From Eledone cirrhosa (lineage: Eukaryota), in NCBI GenBank assembly GCA_964016885.1, contig OZ024751.1, forward strand, positions 806,001 through 870,000: a DNA stretch of 64,000 nucleotides, given 5' to 3'. A program made the position numbers and the translations under genes. Below are positions 13,261-29,600 of the stretch, one piece after another. A model generated the notes under the pieces. That model did no database searches. It was not told the DNA's origin and saw only the letters and a list, made by a program, of their open reading frames with translations. Position 1 is the stretch's first letter. Every line of letters begins with the position of its first letter.

Positions 13261-16200
13261 AGTGTTGGTATATTAATGTTGGTATATTAGTGTTGGTATA
13301 TTAGTGTTGTTTTAATAATATTGGTATATTAATGTTGGTCTATTAGTGTTGGTATATTAATGTTGGTATATTAGTGTTGGTATATTAGTGTTGTGTTAAT
13401 AATATTGGTATATTAATGTTGGTATATTAATGTTGGCATATTAGTGTTGGTATATTAGTGTTGGTATATTAATGTTGGTATATTAGTGTTGGTATATTAA
13501 TGTAGGTATATTAGTGTTGGTATATTAGTGTTGGCATATTAATGTTGCTATATTAGTGTTGGTATATTAGTGTTGGTATATTAGCGTTGATATATTAATG
13601 TTGCTATATTAGTGTTGCTATATTAATGTTGGTATATTACTTTTGGTATATTAATGTTATATTAATGTTGGTATATTACTGTTGGTATATTAGTTTTGGT
13701 ATATTAATGTTGGTATATTAGTGTTGGTATATTAATGTTGGTATATTAATGTTGTTATATTAGTGTTGGTATATTAATGTTGGTATATTAGTGTTGGTAT
13801 ATTAGTGTTGTTTTAATAATGTTGGTATATTAGTGTTGGTATATTAGTGTTGTTTTAATAATATTGGTATATTAATGTTGGTATATTAATGTTGGCATAC
13901 TAATGTTGGTATATTAGTGTTGGTATATTAATGTGGGTATATTAGTGTTGGTATATTAATGTGGGTATATTAGTGTTGGTATATTAATGTGGGTATATTA
14001 GTGTTGGTATATTAATGTTGGTATATTAGTGTTGGTATATTAGAGTTGGTATATTACTGTTGGTATATTAATGTTGCTATATTAGTGTTCGTATATTAGT
14101 GTTGGTATATTAGTGTTGGTATATTAGTGTTGCTATATTAGTGTTGGTATATTAATGTTGGTATATTAGTGTTGGTATATTAGTGTTGGTATGTTAGTGT
14201 TGGTATATTAATGTTGGTATATTAGTTTTGGTATATTAATGTTGATATATTAGTGTTGGTATATTAATGTTGGTATATTAATGTTGTTATATTAGTGTTG
14301 GTATATTAATGTTGGTATATTAGTGTTGTTTTAATAATGTTGGTATATTAGTGTTGCTGTATTAGTGTTGTTTTAATAATATTGGTATATTAATGTTGGT
14401 ATATTAATGTGGGTATATTAGTGTTGGTATATTAATGTGGGTATATTAGTGTTGGTGTATTAATGTTGATATATTAGTGTTGGTATATTAGAGTTGGTAT
14501 ATTAGTGTTGGTATATTAATGTTGCTATATTAGTGTTGGTATATTAGTGTTGGTATATCAGTGTTGGTATATTAGTGTTGGTATATTAATGTTGCTATAT
14601 TAGTGTTGGTATATTAATGTTGGTATATTAGTGTTGGTATATTAGTGTTGGTATATTAGTGTTGTTTTAATAATGTTGGTATATTAGTGTTGGTATATTA
14701 GTGTTGTTTTAATAATATTGGTATATTAATGTTGGTATATTAATGTTGGCATACTAATGTTGGTATATTAGTGTTGGTATATTAGAGTTGGTATATTAGT
14801 GTTTGTATATTAATGTTGCTATATTAGTGTTGGTATATTAGTGTTGGTATATTAGTGTTGGTATAGTAGTGTTGGTATATTAATGTTGCTATATTAGTGT
14901 TGGTATATTAATGTTGGTATATTAGTGTTGGTATATTAGTGTTGGTATATTAGTGTTGGTATATTAATGTTGGTATATTAGTTTTGGTATATTAATGTTG
15001 GTATATTAGTGTCGGTATATTAATGTTCGTATATAAACGTTGTTATATTAGTGTTGGTATATAAATGTTGGTATATTAGTGTTGGTATATTAGTATTGGT
15101 ATATTAGTGTTGGCATATTAGTGTTGGTATATTAATGTTGGTATATTAATGTTGGTATATTACTGTTGGTATATTAGTGTTGTTTTAATAATATTGGTAT
15201 ATTAATGTTGATATATTAATGTTGGTATATTATTGTTGGTATATTAATGTTGATATATTAATGTTGCTATATTAATGTTGGAATATTGTTGGTATATTAA
15301 TGTTGGTATATTAATGGTAGGTATATTAGTGTTGGTATATTATTGTTGGTATATTACTGTTGGTATATTAATATTGGTATGTTAGTGTTGGTATATAAAT
15401 TTTGGTATATTAGTGTTGGTATATTATTGGTATATTAATGTTTGTATATTAATGTTGGTATATTAGTGTTGGTATATTAATGTTGGCATATTAATGTTGG
15501 TATATTAGTGTTGGTATATTAGTGTAGGTATATTAATGTTGGTATATTTATATTGCTATATTAGTGTTGGTATGTTAGTGTTGGTATATTTATGTTGCTA
15601 TATTAGTGTTATATATTAATGTTGGTACATTAGTGTTGGAATATTAGTGATGTTTTAATAATATTGGTATATTAATGTTGGTATATTAGTGTTGGTATAT
15701 TAGTGTTGGTACATTAATGTTGGTATATTAGTGTTGATATATAATTGTTGGTATATTAATGTTGGTATATTAGTGTTGGTATATTAGTGTTGTTTTAATA
15801 ATATATGTATATTAATGTTGGTATATTAGTGTTGGTATATTAATTTGGGTATATTAGTGTTGGTATATATGTGTTGTTTTAATAATATTGGTATATTAGT
15901 GTTGGTATATTAATGTTGGTATATTAGTGTTGGTATATTAATGCTGTTAGATTAGTGTCGGTATATTAGTGATGGTATATTAATGTTCGTATATTACTGT
16001 TGGTATATTGTTGCTATATTAGTGTTGGTATGTTAGTGTTGGTATATTAGTGTTGTTATATTAATGTTGGTATATTAATGTTGGTATATTAATGTTGCTA
16101 TATTAATTTTGCTATATTAATGTTGGTATATTAGTGTTGGTATATTAACGTTGGTATATTTATATTGGTATATTCGTGTTGGTATATTAATGTTGGTATG

Positions 16201-19200
16201 TTAGTGTTGGTATATAAATTTTGGTATATTAGTGTTGGTATATTATTGGTATATTAATGTTTGTATATTAATGTTGGTATATTAGTGTTGGTATATTAAT
16301 GTTGGTATATTAATGTTGGTATATTAGTGTTGGTATATTAGTGTTGGTATATTAGTGTTGGTATATTTATGTTGCTATATTAGTGTTATATATTAATGTT
16401 GGTACATTAGTGTTGGTATATTAATGATGGTATATTATTGTTCGTATATTCGTGTTGGTATAGTAATGTTGGTATATTAGTGTTGGTATATTAATACTGG
16501 TATATTAGTGTTGGAATATTAGTGATGTTTTATTAATATTGGTATATTAATGTTGGTATATTAGTGTTGGTATATTAGTATTGGTATATTAATGTTGGTA
16601 TATTAATGTTGGTATATTAACGTTGGTATAATAATGTTGGTATATTAGAGTTGGTATATTAGGGTTGGTATAGGAGTGTTGGTATATTAACGTGGGTATA
16701 TTAGTGTTGTTATATTAATGTTCGTATATTAGTGTTGGTATATTAGTGTTGGTATATTAATGTTGGTATATTAGTGTTGGTATATTAGTGTTGTTTTAAT
16801 AATATTGGTATATTAATGTTGGTCTATTAGTGTTGGTATATTAATGTTGGTATATTAGTGTTGGTATATTAGTGTTGTGTTAATAATATTGGTATATTAA
16901 TGTTGGTATATTAATGTTGGCATATTAGTGTTGGTATATTAGTGTTGGTATATTAATGTTGGTATATTAGTGTTGGTATATTAATGTAGGTATATTAGTG
17001 TTGGTATATTAGTGTTGGCATATTAATGTTGCTATATTAGTGTTGGTATATTAGTGTTGGTATATTAGCGTTGATATATTAATGTTGCTATATTAGTGTT
17101 GCTATATTAATGTTGGTATATTACTTTTGGTATATTAATGTTATATTAATGTTGGTATATTACTGTTGGTATATTAGTTTTGGTATATTAATGTTGGTAT
17201 ATTAGTGTTGGTATATTAATGTTGGTATATTAATGTTGTTATATTAGTGTTGGTATATTAATGTTGGTATATTAGTGTTGGTATATTAGTGTTGTTTTAA
17301 TAATGTTGGTATATTAGTGTTGGTATATTAGTGTTGTTTTAATAATATTGGTATATTAATGTTGGTATATTAATGTTGGCATACTAATGTTGGTATATTA
17401 GTGTTGGTATATTAATGTGGGTATATTAGTGTTGGTATATTAATGTGGGTATATTAGTGTTGGTATATTAATGTGGGTATATTAGTGTTGGTATATTAAT
17501 GTTGGTATATTAGTGTTGGTATATTAGAGTTGGTATATTACTGTTGGTATATTAATGTTGCTATATTAGTGTTCGTATATTAGTGTTGGTATATTAGTGT
17601 TGGTATATTAGTGTTGCTATATTAGTGTTGGTATATTAATGTTGGTATATTAGTGTTGGTATATTAGTGTTGGTATGTTAGTGTTGGTATATTAATGTTG
17701 GTATATTAGTTTTGGTATATTAATGTTGATATATTAGTGTTGGTATATTAATGTTGGTATATTAATGTTGTTATATTAGTGTTGGTATATTAATGTTGGT
17801 ATATTAGTGTTGTTTTAATAATGTTGGTATATTAGTGTTGCTGTATTAGTGTTGTTTTAATAATATTGGTATATTAATGTTGGTATATTAATGTGGGTAT
17901 ATTAGTGTTGGTATATTAATGTGGGTATATTAGTGTTGGTGTATTAATGTTGATATATTAGTGTTGGTATATTAGAGTTGGTATATTAGTGTTGGTATAT
18001 TAATGTTGCTATATTAGTGTTGGTATATTAGTGTTGGTATATCAGTGTTGGTATATTAGTGTTGGTATATTAATGTTGCTATATTAGTGTTGGTATATTA
18101 ATGTTGGTATATTAGTGTTGGTATATTAGTGTTGGTATATTAGTGTTGTTTTAATAATGTTGGTATATTAGTGTTGGTATATTAGTGTTGTTTTAATAAT
18201 ATTGGTATATTAATGTTGGTATATTAATGTTGGCATACTAATGTTGGTATATTAGTGTTGGTATATTAGAGTTGGTATATTAGTGTTTGTATATTAATGT
18301 TGCTATATTAGTGTTGGTATATTAGTGTTGGTATATTAGTGTTGGTATAGTAGTGTTGGTATATTAATGTTGGTATATTAGTGTTGGTATATTAGTGTTG
18401 GTATATTAATGTTGGTATATTAGTTTTGGTATATTAATGTTGGTATATTAGTGTCGGTATATTAATGTTCGTATATAAACGTTGTTATATTAGTGTTGGT
18501 ATATAAATGTTGGTATATTAGTGTTGGTATATTAGTATTGGTATATTAGTGTTGGCATATTAGTGTTGGTATATTAATGTTGGTATATTAATGTTGGTAT
18601 ATTACTGTTGGTATATTAGTGTTGTTTTAATAATATTGGTATATTAATGTTGATATATTAATGTTGGTATATTATTGTTGGTATATTAATGTTGATATAT
18701 TAATGTTGCTATATTAATGTTGGAATATTGTTGGTATATTAATGTTGGTATATTAATGGTAGGTATATTAGTGTTGGTATATTATTGTTGGTATATTACT
18801 GTTGGTATATTAATATTGGTATGTTAGTGTTGGTATATAAATTTTGGTATATTAGTGTTGGTATATTATTGGTATATTAATGTTTGTATATTAATGTTGG
18901 TATATTAGTGTTGGTATATTAATGTTGGCATATTAATGTTGGTATATTAGTGTTGGTATATTAGTGTAGGTATATTAATGTTGGTATATTTATATTGCTA
19001 TATTAGTGTTGGTATGTTAGTGTTGGTATATTTATGTTGCTATATTAGTGTTATATATTAATGTTGGTACATTAGTGTTGGAATATTAGTGATGTTTTAA
19101 TAATATTGGTATATTAATGTTGGTATATTAGTGTTGGTATATTAGTGTTGGTACATTAATGTTGGTATATTAGTGTTGATATATAATTGTTGGTATATTA

Positions 19201-19640
19201 ATGTTGGTATATTAGTGTTGGTATATTAGTGTTGTTTTAATAATATATGTATATTAATGTTGGTATATTAGTGTTGGTATATTAATTTGGGTATATTAGT
19301 GTTGGTATATATGTGTTGTTTTAATAATATTGGTATATTAGTGTTGGTATATTAATGTTGGTATATTAGTGTTGGTATATTAATGCTGTTAGATTAGTGT
19401 CGGTATATTAGTGATGGTATATTAATGTTCGTATATTACTGTTGGTATATTGTTGCTATATTAGTGTTGGTATGTTAGTGTTGGTATATTAGTGTTGTTA
19501 TATTAATGTTGGTATATTAATGTTGGTATATTAATGTTGCTATATTAATTTTGCTATATTAATGTTGGTATATTAGTGTTGGTATATTAACGTTGGTATA
19601 TTTATATTGGTATATTCGTGTTGGTATATTAATGTTGGTA
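12700..19640. repeat. ~3.5-kb tandem duplication (~12700-16190 / ~16190-19640)
   Basis: Private variants: the C of TTACTTTTGG at 13640 and 17124 (offset 3484), and the C of ATAAACGTT at 15038 and 18480 (offset 3442, i.e. a 3-monomer loss in copy 2). Confidence 0.9.
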
Positions 19641-20699
19641 TGTTAATGTTGGTATATTATTCTTGGTATAATAGTTTGGTATATTAATGTTGGTATATTA
19701 GTGTTGGTATATTAGTGTTGGTATATTAGTGTTGTTTTAATAATGTTGGTATATTAATGTTGCTATATTAGTGTTGCTATATTAATGTCGGTATATTATT
19801 GTTGGTATATTAATGTTGGTATATTAATTTTGAAATATTAATGTTGCTATATTAATGTTGGAATATTGTTGGTATATTAATGTTGGTATATTAATGTTAT
19901 GTATATTAGTGTTGGTATATTAGTGTTGGTATATTAATGTTGGGATATCAGTGTTGGTATATAAATTTTGGTATATTAGTGTTGGTATATTATTGGTATA
20001 TTAATGTTGGTATATTAATGTTGGTATATTAATGTTGGTATATTAATGTTGGTATATTAATGTTGGTATATTAGTGTTGGTATATTAATGTTGGTACATT
20101 AGTGTTGGTATATTAATGATGGTATATTATTGCTGGTATATTCGTGTAGGTATAGTAATGTTGGTATATTAGTGTTGGTATAGTAATACTGGTATATTAG
20201 TGTTGGAATATTAATGATGTTTTAATAATATTGGTATATTAATGTTGGTATATTAGTGTTGGTATATTAGTGTTGGTATATTAATGTTGGTATATTAATG
20301 TTGGTATATTAACGTTGGTATAATAGTGTTGGTATATTAGTGTTGTTTTAATAATATTGGTATATTAATGTTGGTATATTAATGTTGGCATATTAATATT
20401 GGTATATTAGAGTTGGTATATTAGGGTTGGTATATTAGTGTAGGTATATTAGTGTTGTTTTAATAATATATGTATATTAATGTTGGTATATTAGTGTTGG
20501 TATATTAAATTGGGTATATTAGTGTTGGTATATTAATATTGGTATATTAATGTGGGTATATTAGTGTTGATATATAATTGTTGGTATATTAATGTTGGTA
20601 TATTAGTGTTGGTATATTAGTGTTGTTTTAATAATATATGTATATTAATGTTGGTATATTAGTGTTGGTATATTAATTTGGGTATATTAGTGTTGGTAT

Positions 20700-23600
20700 A
20701 TTAATATTGGTATATTAATGTGGATATATTAGTGTTGGTATATATGTGTTGTTTTAATAATATTGGTATATTAGTGTTGGTATATTAATGTTGGTATATT
20801 AGTGTTGGTATATTAATGTTGTTAGATTAGTGTCGGTATATTAGTGATGGTATATTAATGTTGCTATATTAATTTTGCTATATTAATGTTGGTATATTAG
20901 TGTTGGTATATTAACGTTGGTATATTTATATTGGTATATTCGTGTTGGTATATTAATGTTGGTATATTAATGTTGGTATATTAATGCTGGTATATTAGCG
21001 TTGGTATATTAGTGTTGTTTTAATAATATTGGTATATTAATGTTGGTATATTAGTGTTGGTATATTAATGTTGGTATATTAGTGTTGGTATAATAGTGTT
21101 GGTATATTAATGTTGGTATATTAATGTTGTTATATTAGTGTTGGTATATTAATGTTGGTATATTAGTGTTGGTATATTAGTGTTGTTTTAATAATGTTGG
21201 TATATTAGTGTTGGTATATTACTGTTGGTATATTAATGTTATATTAATGTTGGTTTATTACTGTTCGTATATTAATTTTGGTATATTAATGTTGGTATAT
21301 TAGTGTTGGTATATTAATGTTGGTATATTAGTGTTGGTATATTAGTGTTGGTATATTACTGTTGGTATATTAATGTTATATTAATGTTGGTATATTACTG
21401 TTGGTATATTAGTTTTGGTAAATTAATGTTGGTATATTAGTGTTGGTATATTAATGTTGGTATATTAATGTTGGTATATTAGTGTTGGTATATTAATGTT
21501 GGTATATTAGTGTTGGTATATTCGTGTTGGTATAGTAATGTTGGTATATTAGTGTTGGTATATTAATACTGGTATATTAGTGTTGGAATATTAGTGTTGT
21601 AATAATATTGGTATATTAATGTTGGTATATTAGTGTTGTTTTAATAATATTGGTATATTAAAGTTGGTATACTAATGTTGGTATATTAGTGTTGGTATAT
21701 TAATGTTGGTATATTAGTGTTTATATATTAGTGTTGGTATATTAGTGTATTTTAATAATATTGGCATATTAATGTTGGTATATTAATGTTGGCATATTAA
21801 TGTTGGTATATTAGTGTTGGTATATTAGTGTAGGTATATTAATGTTGGTATACTAGTGTTGGTATATTAATGTGGGTATATTAATGTTGGTATATTAGTG
21901 TTGGTATATTAGTGTTGGTATATTAATGTTGCTATATTAGAGTTGGTATATTAATGTTGGTATATTAGTGTTGGTATATTAGTGTTGGTATATTAGTGTT
22001 GGTATATTCGTCTTGTTTTAATAATATTGGTATATTACTGTTGGTATATTAGTGTTGGTATATTAATGTTGGTATATTAGTGTTGATATATTAGTGTTGT
22101 TTTAATAATATTGGTATATTAATGTTGTTATATTAGTGTTTATATATAATTGTTGGTATATTAATGTTGGTATATTACTGTTTGTATATTAGTGTTGTTT
22201 TAATAATATTGGTATATTAATGTTGGTATATTAGTGTTGTTTTAATAATATTTGTATATTAATGTTGGTATATTAGTGTTGGTATATTAATGTTGGTATA
22301 TTAATGTTGGTATATTATTCTTGGTATAATGGTTTGGTATATTAATGTCGGTATATTAGTGTTGGTATATTAGTGTTGTTTTAATAATATTGGTATATTA
22401 ATGTTGGTCTATTAGTGTTGGTATATTAGTGTTGGTATATTAGTGTTGGTATATTAATGTTGGGATATCAGTGTTGGTATATAAATTTTGGTATATTAGT
22501 GTTGGTATATTATTGGTATATTAATGTTGGTATATTAATGTTGGTATATTAGTGTTGGTATATTAATGTTGGTATATTAATGTTGGTATATTAATGTTGG
22601 TATATTAGTGTTGGTATATTAATGTTGGTACATTAGTGTTGGTATATTAATGATGGTATATTATTGCTGGTATATTCGTGTAGGTATAGTAATGTTGGTA
22701 TATTAGTGTTGGTATAGTAATACTGCTATATTAGTGTTGGAATATTAATGATGTTTTAATAATATTGGTATATTAATGTTGGTATATTAGTGTGGTATAT
22801 TAGTGTTGGTACATTAATGTTGGTATATTAACGTTGGTATAATAGTGTTGGTATATTAGTGTTGTTTTAATAATATTAGTATATTAATGTTGGTATATTA
22901 ATGTTGGTATATTAGTGTTGGTATATTAATGTTGTTAGATTAGTGTCGGTATATTAGTGATGGTATATTAATGTTGCTATATTAATTTTGCTATATTAAT
23001 GTTGGTATATTAGTGTTGGTATATTAACGTTGGTATATTTATATTGGTATATTCGTGTTGGTATATTAATGTTGGTATATTAATGTTGGTATATTAATGC
23101 TGGTATATTAGCGTTGGTATATTAGTGTTGTTTTAATAATATTGGTATATTAATGTTGGTATATTAGTGTTGGTATATTAATGTTGGTATATTAGTGTTG
23201 GTATAATAGTGTTGGTATATTAATGTTGGTATATTAATGTTGTTATATTAGTGTTGGTATATTAATGTTGGTATATTAGTGTTGGTATATTAGTGTTGTT
23301 TTAATAATGTTGGTATATTAGTGTTGGTATATTACTGTTGGTATATTAATGTTATATTAATGTTGGTTTATTACTGTTCGTATATTAATTTTGGTATATT
23401 AATGTTGGTATATTAGTGTTGGTATATTAATGTTGGTATATTAGTGTTGGTATATTAGTGTTGGTATATTACTGTTGGTATATTAATGTTATATTAATGT
23501 TGGTATATTACTGTTGGTATATTAGTTTTGGTAAATTAATGTTGGTATATTAGTGTTGGTATATTAATGTTGGTATATTAATGTTGGTATATTAGTGTTG

Positions 23601-26600
23601 GTATATTAATGTTGGTATATTAGTGTTGGTATATTCGTGTTGGTATAGTAATGTTGGTATATTAGTGTTGGTATATTAATACTGGTATATTAGTGTTGGA
23701 ATATTAGTGTTGTAATAATATTGGTATATTAATGTTGGTATATTAGTGTTGTTTTAATAATATTGGTATATTAAAGTTGGTATACTAATGTTGGTATATT
23801 AGTGTTGGTATATTAATGTTGGTATATTAGTGTTTATATATTAGTGTTGGTATATTAGTGTATTTTAATAATATTGGCATATTAATGTTGGTATATTAAT
23901 GTTGGCATATTAATGTTGGTATATTAGTGTTGGTATATTAGTGTAGGTATATTAATGTTGGTATACTAGTGTTGGTATATTAATGTGGGTATATTAATGT
24001 TGGTATATTAGTGTTGGTATATTAGTGTTGGTATATTAATGTTGCTATATTAGAGTTGGTATATTAATGTTGGTATATTAGTGTTGGTATATTAGTGTTG
24101 GTATATTAGTGTTGGTATATTCGTCTTGTTTTAATAATATTGGTATATTACTGTTGGTATATTAGTGTTGGTATATTAATGTTGGTATATTAGTGTTGAT
24201 ATATTAGTGTTGTTTTAATAATATTGGTATATTAATGTTGTTATATTAGTGTTTATATATAATTGTTGGTATATTAATGTTGGTATATTACTGTTTGTAT
24301 ATTAGTGTTGTTTTAATAATATTGGTATATTAATGTTGGTATATTAGTGTTGTTTTAATAATATTTGTATATTAATGTTGGTATATTAGTGTTGGTATAT
24401 TAATGTTGGTATATTAATGTTGGTATATTATTCTTGGTATAATGGTTTGGTATATTAATGTCGGTATATTAGTGTTGGTATATTAGTGTTGTTTTAATAA
24501 TATTGGTATATTAATGTTGGTCTATTAGTGTTGGTATATTAGTGTTGGTATATTAGTGTTGGTATATTAATGTTGGGATATCAGTGTTGGTATATAAATT
24601 TTGGTATATTAGTGTTGGTATATTATTGGTATATTAATGTTGGTATATTAATGTTGGTATATTAGTGTTGGTATATTAATGTTGGTATATTAATGTTGGT
24701 ATATTAATGTTGGTATATTAGTGTTGGTATATTAATGTTGGTACATTAGTGTTGGTATATTAATGATGGTATATTATTGCTGGTATATTCGTGTAGGTAT
24801 AGTAATGTTGGTATATTAGTGTTGGTATAGTAATACTGGTATATTAGTGTTGGAATATTAATGATGTTTTAATAATATTGGTATATTAATGTTGGTATAT
24901 TAGTGTGGTATATTAGTGTTGGTACATTAATGTTGGTATATTAACGTTGGTATAATAGTGTTGGTATATTAGTGTTGTTTTAATAATATTAGTATATTAA
25001 TGTTGGTATATTAATGTTGGCATATTAATATTGGTATATTAGAGTTGGTATATTAATATTGGTATAATAATGTGGGTATATTAGTGTTGATATATAATTG
25101 TTGGTATATTAATGTTGGTATATTAGTGTTGGTATATTAGTGTTGTTTTAATAATATATGTATATTAATGTTGGTATATTAGTGTTGGTATATTAATTTG
25201 GGTATATTAGTGTTGGTATATTAATATTGGTATATTAATGTCGATATATTAGTGTTGGTATATATGTGTTGTTTTAATAATATTGGTATATTAGTGTTGG
25301 TATATTAATGTTGGTATATTAGTGTTGGTATATTAATGTTGTTAGATTAGTGTCCGTATATTAGTGATGGTATATTAATGTTCGTATATTACTGTTGGTA
25401 TATTGTTGCTATATTATTGTTGGTATATTAGTGTTGCTATATTAATGTTGGTATATTAATGTTGGTATATTAATGTTGCTATATTAATTTTGCTATATTA
25501 ATGTTGGTATATTAGTGTTAGTATATTAACGTTGGTATATTTATATTGGTATATTCGTGTTGGTATATTAATGTTGGTATATTAATGTTGGTATATTAAT
25601 GCTGGTATATTAGTGTTGGTATATTAATGTTGGTATATTAGTGTTGTTTTAATAATATTGGTATATTAATGTTGGTATATTAGTGTTGGTATATTAATGT
25701 TGGTATATTAGTGTTGGTATAATAGTGTTGGTATATTAATGTTGGTATATTAATGTTGTTATATTAGTGTTTATATATAATTGTTGGTATATTAATGTTG
25801 GTATATTACTGTTTGTATATTAGTGTTGTTTTAATAATATTGGTATATTAATGTTGGTATATTAATATTAGTATGTTAGTGTTGGTATATTAATGTTGGT
25901 ATATTAGTGTTGTTTTAATAATATTTGTATATTAATGTTGGTATATTAGTGTTGGTATATTAATGTTGGTATATTAATGTTGGTATATTATTCTTGGTAT
26001 AATAGTTTGGTATATTAATGTCGGTATATTAGTGTTGGTATATTAGTGTTGTTTTAACAATATTGGTATATTAATGTTGGTCTATTAGTGTTGGTATATT
26101 AGTGTTGGTATATTAGTGTTGGTATATTAGTGTTGGTATATTAATATTCGTATATTAGTGTTGGTATATTAGTGTTGGTATATTAGTGTTGGGATATTAA
26201 TGTAGGTATATTAGTGTTGGTATATTAGTGTTGGTATATTAATATTAGTATGTTAGTGTTGGTATATTAATGTTGGTATATTAGTGTTGTTTTAATAATA
26301 TTTGTATATTAATGTTGGTATATTAGTGTTGGTATATTAATGTTGCTATATTAGTGTTGGTATGTTAGTGTTGGTATATTAGTGTTGCTATATTAGTGTT
26401 GGTATATTAATATTGGTATATTAGTGTTGGTATATTAGTGTTGGTATATTACTGTTGGTATATTAATGTTATATTAATGTTGGTATATTACTGTTGGTAT
26501 ATTAATGTTGGTATATTAGTGTTGGTATATTAATGTTGGTATATTAATGTTGTTATATTAGTGTTGGTATATTAATGTTGGTATATTAGTGTTGGTATAT

Positions 26601-29600
26601 TAGTGTTGTTTTAATAATGTTGGTATATTAGGGTTGGTATATTACTGTTGGTATATTAATGTTATATTAATGTTGGTATATTACTGTTGGTATATTAGTT
26701 TTGGTATATTAATGTTGGTATATTAGTGTTGGTATATTAATGTTGGTGTATTAGTGTTGGTATATTAATGTGGGTATATTAGTGTTGGTATATTAATGTT
26801 GGTATATTAGTGTTGGTATATTAGAGTTGGTATATTAGTGTTGGTGTATTAATGTTGCTATATTAGTGTAGGTATATTAATGTTGGTATATTAGTGTCGG
26901 TATATTAATGTTGGTATATAAATGTTGTTATATTAGTGTTGGTATATAAATGTTGGTATATTAGTGTTGGTATATTACTGTTGGTATATTAGTGTTGGTA
27001 TATTAGTGTTGGTATTTTAGTGTTGCTATATTAGTGTTGCTATATTAGTGTTGGTATATTAGTGTTGGTATATTAGTGTTGGTATATTAGTGTTGCTATA
27101 TTAATGTTGGTATATTAGTTTTGGTATATTAATGTTGGTATATTAGTGTTGGTATATTAATGTTCGTATATTAATGTTGTTATATTAGTGTTGGTATATT
27201 AATGTTGGTATATTAGTGTTGGTATATTAGTGTTGGTATATTAGTGTTGTTTTAATAATATTGGTATATTAATGTTGGTATATTAATATTAGCATACTAA
27301 TGTTGGTATATTAGTGTTGGTATATCAGTGTTGGTATATTAATGTGGGTATATTAGTGTTGGTATATTAATGTGGGTATATTAGTGTTGGTATGTTAATG
27401 TTGGTATATTAGTGTTGGTATATTAGAGTTGGTATATTAGTGTTGGTATATTAATGTTGCTATATTAGTGTAGGTATATTAATGTTGGTATATTAGTGTC
27501 GGTATATTAATGTTGGTATATAAATGTTGTTATATTAGTGTTGGTATATAAATGTTGGTATATTAGTGTTGGTATATTACTGTTGGTATATTAGTGTTGT
27601 TTTAATAATATTGGTATATTAATGTTGCTATATTAGTGTTGCTATATTAATGTTAGTATATTATTGTTGGTATATTAAGGTTGGTATATTAATGTTGATA
27701 TATTAATGTTGCTATATTAATGTTGGAATATTGTTGGTATATTAATGTTGGTATATTAATGGTAGGTATATTAGTGTTGGTATATTATTGTTGGTATATT
27801 AGTGTTGGTATATTAATGTTGGTATGTTAGTGTTGGTATATAAATTTTGGTATATTAGTGTTGGTATATTATTGGTATATTAATGTTTGTATATTAATGT
27901 TGGTATATTAGTGTTGGTATATTAATGTTGGTATATTAATGTTGGTATATTAGTGTTGGTATATTAGTGTTGGTATATTAGTGTTGGTATATTTATGTTG
28001 CTATATTAGTGTTATATATTAATGTTGGTACATTAGTGTTGGTATATTAATGATGGTATATTATTGTTGGTATATTCGTGTTGGTATAGTAATGTTGGTA
28101 TATTAGTGTTGGTATATTAATACTGGTATATTAGTGTTGGAATATTAGTGATGTTTTATTAATATTGGTATATTAATGTGGATATATTAGTGTTGGTATA
28201 CATGTGTTGTTTTAATAATATTGGTATATTAGTGTTGGTATATTAATGTTGGTATATTAGTGTTGGTATATTAATGTTGTTAGATTAGTGTCGGTATATT
28301 AGTGATGGTATATTAATGTTGCTATATTAATTTTGCTATATTAATGTTGGTATATTAGTGTTGGTATATTAACGTTGGTATATTTATATTGGTATATTCG
28401 TGTTGGTATATTAATGTTGGTATATTAATGTTGGTATATTAATGCTGGTATATTAGCGTTGGTATATTAGTGTTGTTTTAATAATATTGGTATATTAATG
28501 TTGGTATATTAGTGTTGGTATATTAATGTTGGTATATTAGTGTTGGTATAATAGTGTTGGTATATTAATGTTGGTATATTAATGTTGTTATATTAGTGTT
28601 GGTATATTAATGTTGGTATATTAGTGTTGGTATATTAGTGTTGTTTTAATAATGTTGGTATATTAGTGTTGGTATATTACTGTTGGTATATTAATGTTAT
28701 ATTAATGTTGGTTTATTACTGTTCGTATATTAATTTTGGTATATTAATGTTGGTATATTAGTGTTGGTATATTAATGTTGGTATATTAGTGTTGGTATAT
28801 TAGTGTTGGTATATTACTGTTGGTATATTAATGTTATATTAATGTTGGTATATTACTGTTGGTATATTAGTTTTGGTAAATTAATGTTGGTATATTAGTG
28901 TTGGTATATTAATGTTGGTATATTAATGTTGGTATATTAGTGTTGGTATATTAATGTTGGTATATTAGTGTTGGTATATTCGTGTTGGTATAGTAATGTT
29001 GGTATATTAGTGTTGGTATATTAATACTGGTATATTAGTGTTGGAATATTAGTGTTGTAATAATATTGGTATATTAATGTTGGTATATTAGTGTTGTTTT
29101 AATAATATTGGTATATTAAAGTTGGTATACTAATGTTGGTATATTAGTGTTCGTATATTAATGTTGGTATATTAGTGTTTATATATTAGTGTTGGTATAT
29201 TAGTGTATTTTAATAATATTGGCATATTAATGTTGGTATATTAATGTTGGCATATTAATGTTGGTATATTAGTGTTGGTATATTAGTGTAGGTATATTAA
29301 TGTTGGTATACTAGTGTTGGTATATTAATGTGGGTATATTAATGTTGGTATATTAGTGTTGGTATATTAGTGTTGGTATATTAATGTTGCTATATTAGAG
29401 TTGGTATATTAATGTTGGTATATTAGTGTTGGTATATTAGTGTTGGTATATTAGTGTTGGTATATTCGTCTTGTTTTAATAATATTGGTATATTACTGTT
29501 GGTATATTAGTGTTGGTATATTAATGTTGGTATATTAGTGTTGATATATTAGTGTTGTTTTAATAATATTGGTATATTAATGTTGTTATATTAGTGTTTA